The notes beneath the pieces were generated by a model. The model ran no database searches, was not told the origin of the DNA, and was given only the letters and a program-made list of their open reading frames with translations. DNA of 63,869 nt, filler included, from Guillardia theta CCMP2712 (taxonomy: Eukaryota; Protista; Cryptophyta): the NCBI RefSeq assembly GCF_000315625.1. It is 5 parts of 4 records of this genome, joined end to end, with 100 filler letters (N's around TTAATTAATTAA, not from the genome) between each part and the next. Parts side by side here need not be neighbours in the genome. Positions count along the whole stretch, not along the records: positions 61,270 to 63,869 come from NW_005434384.1; 4 more parts are not named here. One strand, given 5' to 3'. This document shows positions 61,370 to 63,869 of the stretch, piece by piece (the stretch's first letter is position 1; each line of letters starts with the position of its first letter). Position numbers and translations under genes: made by a program.

Positions 61370-62310
61370 TGGGTCCTCGGAAGCGGCGGGGGGCGAGCAT
61401 GACGGCGTCAGGCAGGAGGAGATCGACAAGGAGCTCAAGAAGATCGAGGAGGAGGTGAGGGAGAGGCGATGACGACTGATAGCGCATGCTGTCCATGACT
61501 GTTGCTGCAGATCGAGACGCTGAGGAAAGAGCACGAGGACGTGTTCCACAAGGGAGACAAGGACAAGGACGGGCTGCTGTCGCTTCAAGAGTTCATGGTA
61601 GTACAACATGAGGACCAGCCTGAGATGAGCAAGGAAGAGCTGGAGGAGTCATTTGCCGATCACGATGCTGATGGATCAGGAGGGCTGACGCTCGAGGAGT
61701 GGCGGAAGCCCTTCGAGGACACAGTGCAGAACATCTACGCGAACGAGGAGGAGGGGCTGGACGACGAGCACAACATCAACCACTACCGCAGGGAGTTCGA
61801 GGCCTTCGACAAGGATGCGGACGGGTTCCTGGACCTCGCTGAGCTGGAGGAGCTGGCCAAGGAGATCAGCAAGCACCACGGGAACCACACGGTGACGGGA
61901 GAAGACATCCTAAGAGCCGTTGACAACGATGCTGACGGCAAAGTGAACCTCGAGGTCACCAGCCCCTCCCTCCTCTCCTGCTCCTGCTCCTGCTTCCCCT
62001 CCTCCCTCCCTCCCTCTCCTGCTCCTGCTTCCCCTCCTCCCTCCCTCTTCTCTTCTGCTCTTCCCTTTATCTCCATTTTATCAAACACTCTCCTGCTGTT
62101 GTTCTGTCTTCCTTGCTCCTGTACCACTTCTCCTTCCTCCTACTCTACCCTCCTCCCTCCTCCTCTCTCTTTGTCCTCCTCCTCCTCCCTCCTTTGCCCT
62201 CCTATCCTCCCTTCTCCTCGGTGTCGAGGCTGACGTGAGCACAGGAGTATCTCATGGATGGTCAGGAGGACGAGGAGCTTCATCATTATCCTTCCGAGCA
62301 TGAGGACGTG
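61370..62310 (+). CDS. Multi-EF-hand calcium-binding protein (calumenin/CREC-like), 5' end in gap
   Basis: DKDKDGLLSLQEF, DADGSGGLTLEEW, DKDADGFLDLAEL, DNDADGKVNLE|EY. Confidence 0.85.
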
Positions 62311-62426
62311 AGACTAGAGAGGGGAGGAGAGAAGAGAGGGAAGGGATGAGGGAAGACAGAGGCAGGAGAGGAGGGGAAGTGCTTGAGTGAGCTCGGGAGG
62401 AGGGAGGGAGGGAGGGAGGGAGGGAG

Positions 62427-62462
<36 letters not shown>

Positions 62463-63408
62463 GGGGGTTTGATTGGATAGTTTTTCAGGACCCGGATGCT
62501 TCCGACATCTCTTTGGAGAAGATCACTAGTGACGATGATCTTGGGGAGTAAAGCAGAGAATAACGTTGCTGTCCTCCCTTCTCCCCTCCTCCCCCCCCCA
62601 CTCCTTCCTCGCCTCCCACCGTCCTTCCCTCTCCTTCTCCTCCTCATTCCATCCCTCGTCCTACTACCGTACCTCCACCTCCTCTCCCCCTCCCCCCCCT
62701 TCCTGTCCTCTGCCCTCCTTCCTCCCCAGTCATCTCCTCTTCCTCCTCTTCCTCCTCCCCATCTTCTCGTCCTCTTCTCTCTCGCGCAATCGTAGGGATT
62801 GTTAATAACGGAAACACGCAGCTCTCAGCCAGCAGCCGCTCCCTCCCTCTTCCCTCCTCCTCCCTGAGCTGCCCAGCGAGACCACTAGGTAGTGCAGCAG
62901 CAAAACGAGGAGACGCAAGAGAGGAGGAGGAGGAGCGGGATGAGGAGGAGGAGCCTAGGAGCTTTGGAGCCAGCACGGCAGACAACAGCAGGAGGAGGAC
63001 GCCCCAGGTTCGCCTCCCTTCTTGTCCTGCATACCAGACGATCCTTCACTCCTTCCACCTGAAACATCATCAGATACCTCCCTCCTCCTCCCTCCTCCTC
63101 CCTCATCCACTGCCTTGTCCTCCCCATTGTCTTCCTCCCTCCCTCCTCCCTCCTCCCTCCTCCCTCCTCCTCCTCCTCCTCTCACTTTTCGCGTCCTGCA
63201 TGGAGTTGAACGAGGGGTCCATGAAGGCCTGAGGCGGGACTGAGGGCTCCCTGGGTTCAGCTGGGCGGGTCATATCGATGAGCAGCTCGTCGACAGCTGG
63301 GCGCTCGATGGGCTGAAACTCGTTGGCGGATTGATCGAGAAGCGTGTCGGACAGCTGGGGGAGAAGTCAGAGGAGGTGGGATGATGATGATGATGACGAT
63401 GATGGAGT

Positions 63409-63448
<40 letters not shown>

Positions 63449-63869
63449 CATGATACTGATGATGATGATGATGAGGAAGAAGAGTAGTAGTAGGAGGAGT
63501 AGAAGGAGGAGGAGGATGAAGAAGAGGGAGAAGAAGTAGGAGAGGACAAGGAAAGAGAGAGTGTGCGGGTTTACGTGACGGTTGTCGGAGAAGTTGAGGG
63601 CGCGGACGGAGGACGGAGGGTCGAAACGAGAAAACTCGATGTCTGATGCCTGGAGGAGAGTGAGAGTGAGACGATGATGATGATGAGGAGGAGAGTGAGA
63701 GTGAGACGAGGACGAGGAGGATGGGGAGGAGGAGGAGGAGAGAGGGGGAGGAGGAGCGAGGGGGAGGAGGAGCGAGGGGGAGGAGGAGAGAGGGGGAGGA
63801 GGAGAGAGGGGGAGGAAGACCCTGGATCCGATGGGAGACGGAGTAACGCTATGCCTTGGCGTTGCGAAA

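Overview
Eukaryotic nuclear DNA with short, low-complexity (CT/GA-microsatellite-filled) GT-AG introns and high-GC3 exons. The gene content and style resemble a cryptophyte alga (Guillardia-like); this is inference, not proven. Four TTAATTAATTAA linkers inside N-runs (10039, 21504, 48417, 61214) show the window is a concatenation of five separate sequences, so adjacency across them is not biological. Recognisable host genes: RAD5-like SNF2 helicase 3' part, Mpv17/PMP22, TFIIIC subunit-6-like, 5'-truncated NEK kinase, CFAP20DC-like C-terminus, GT23 (FUT8-like) fucosyltransferase with EGF domain, Chibby-like peptide, coiled-coil/Rdx-fold protein and an EF-hand protein. The most unusual content: (1) an R-S-ExE mono-ADP-ribosyltransferase fused to a 105-bp ankyrin minisatellite whose variation is concentrated at binding-surface positions; (2) two intronless genes built from 54-bp CEHGR zinc-binding repeats in which a small fixed set of codons at four positions is reshuffled between units and paralogues; (3) a third helical 24-aa repeat protein; (4) an ~11-kb intron-poor island with a 1.1-kb direct repeat, a Roco (ROC-COR) pseudogene and decayed compact, possibly viral-type genes; (5) a scrambled, self-nested cluster of a CRE/SLACS-like RLE non-LTR retrotransposon, including a twin-priming-like 5' inversion. 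No rRNA, tRNA or CRISPR array was recognised. Coordinates of multi-exon genes are approximate.
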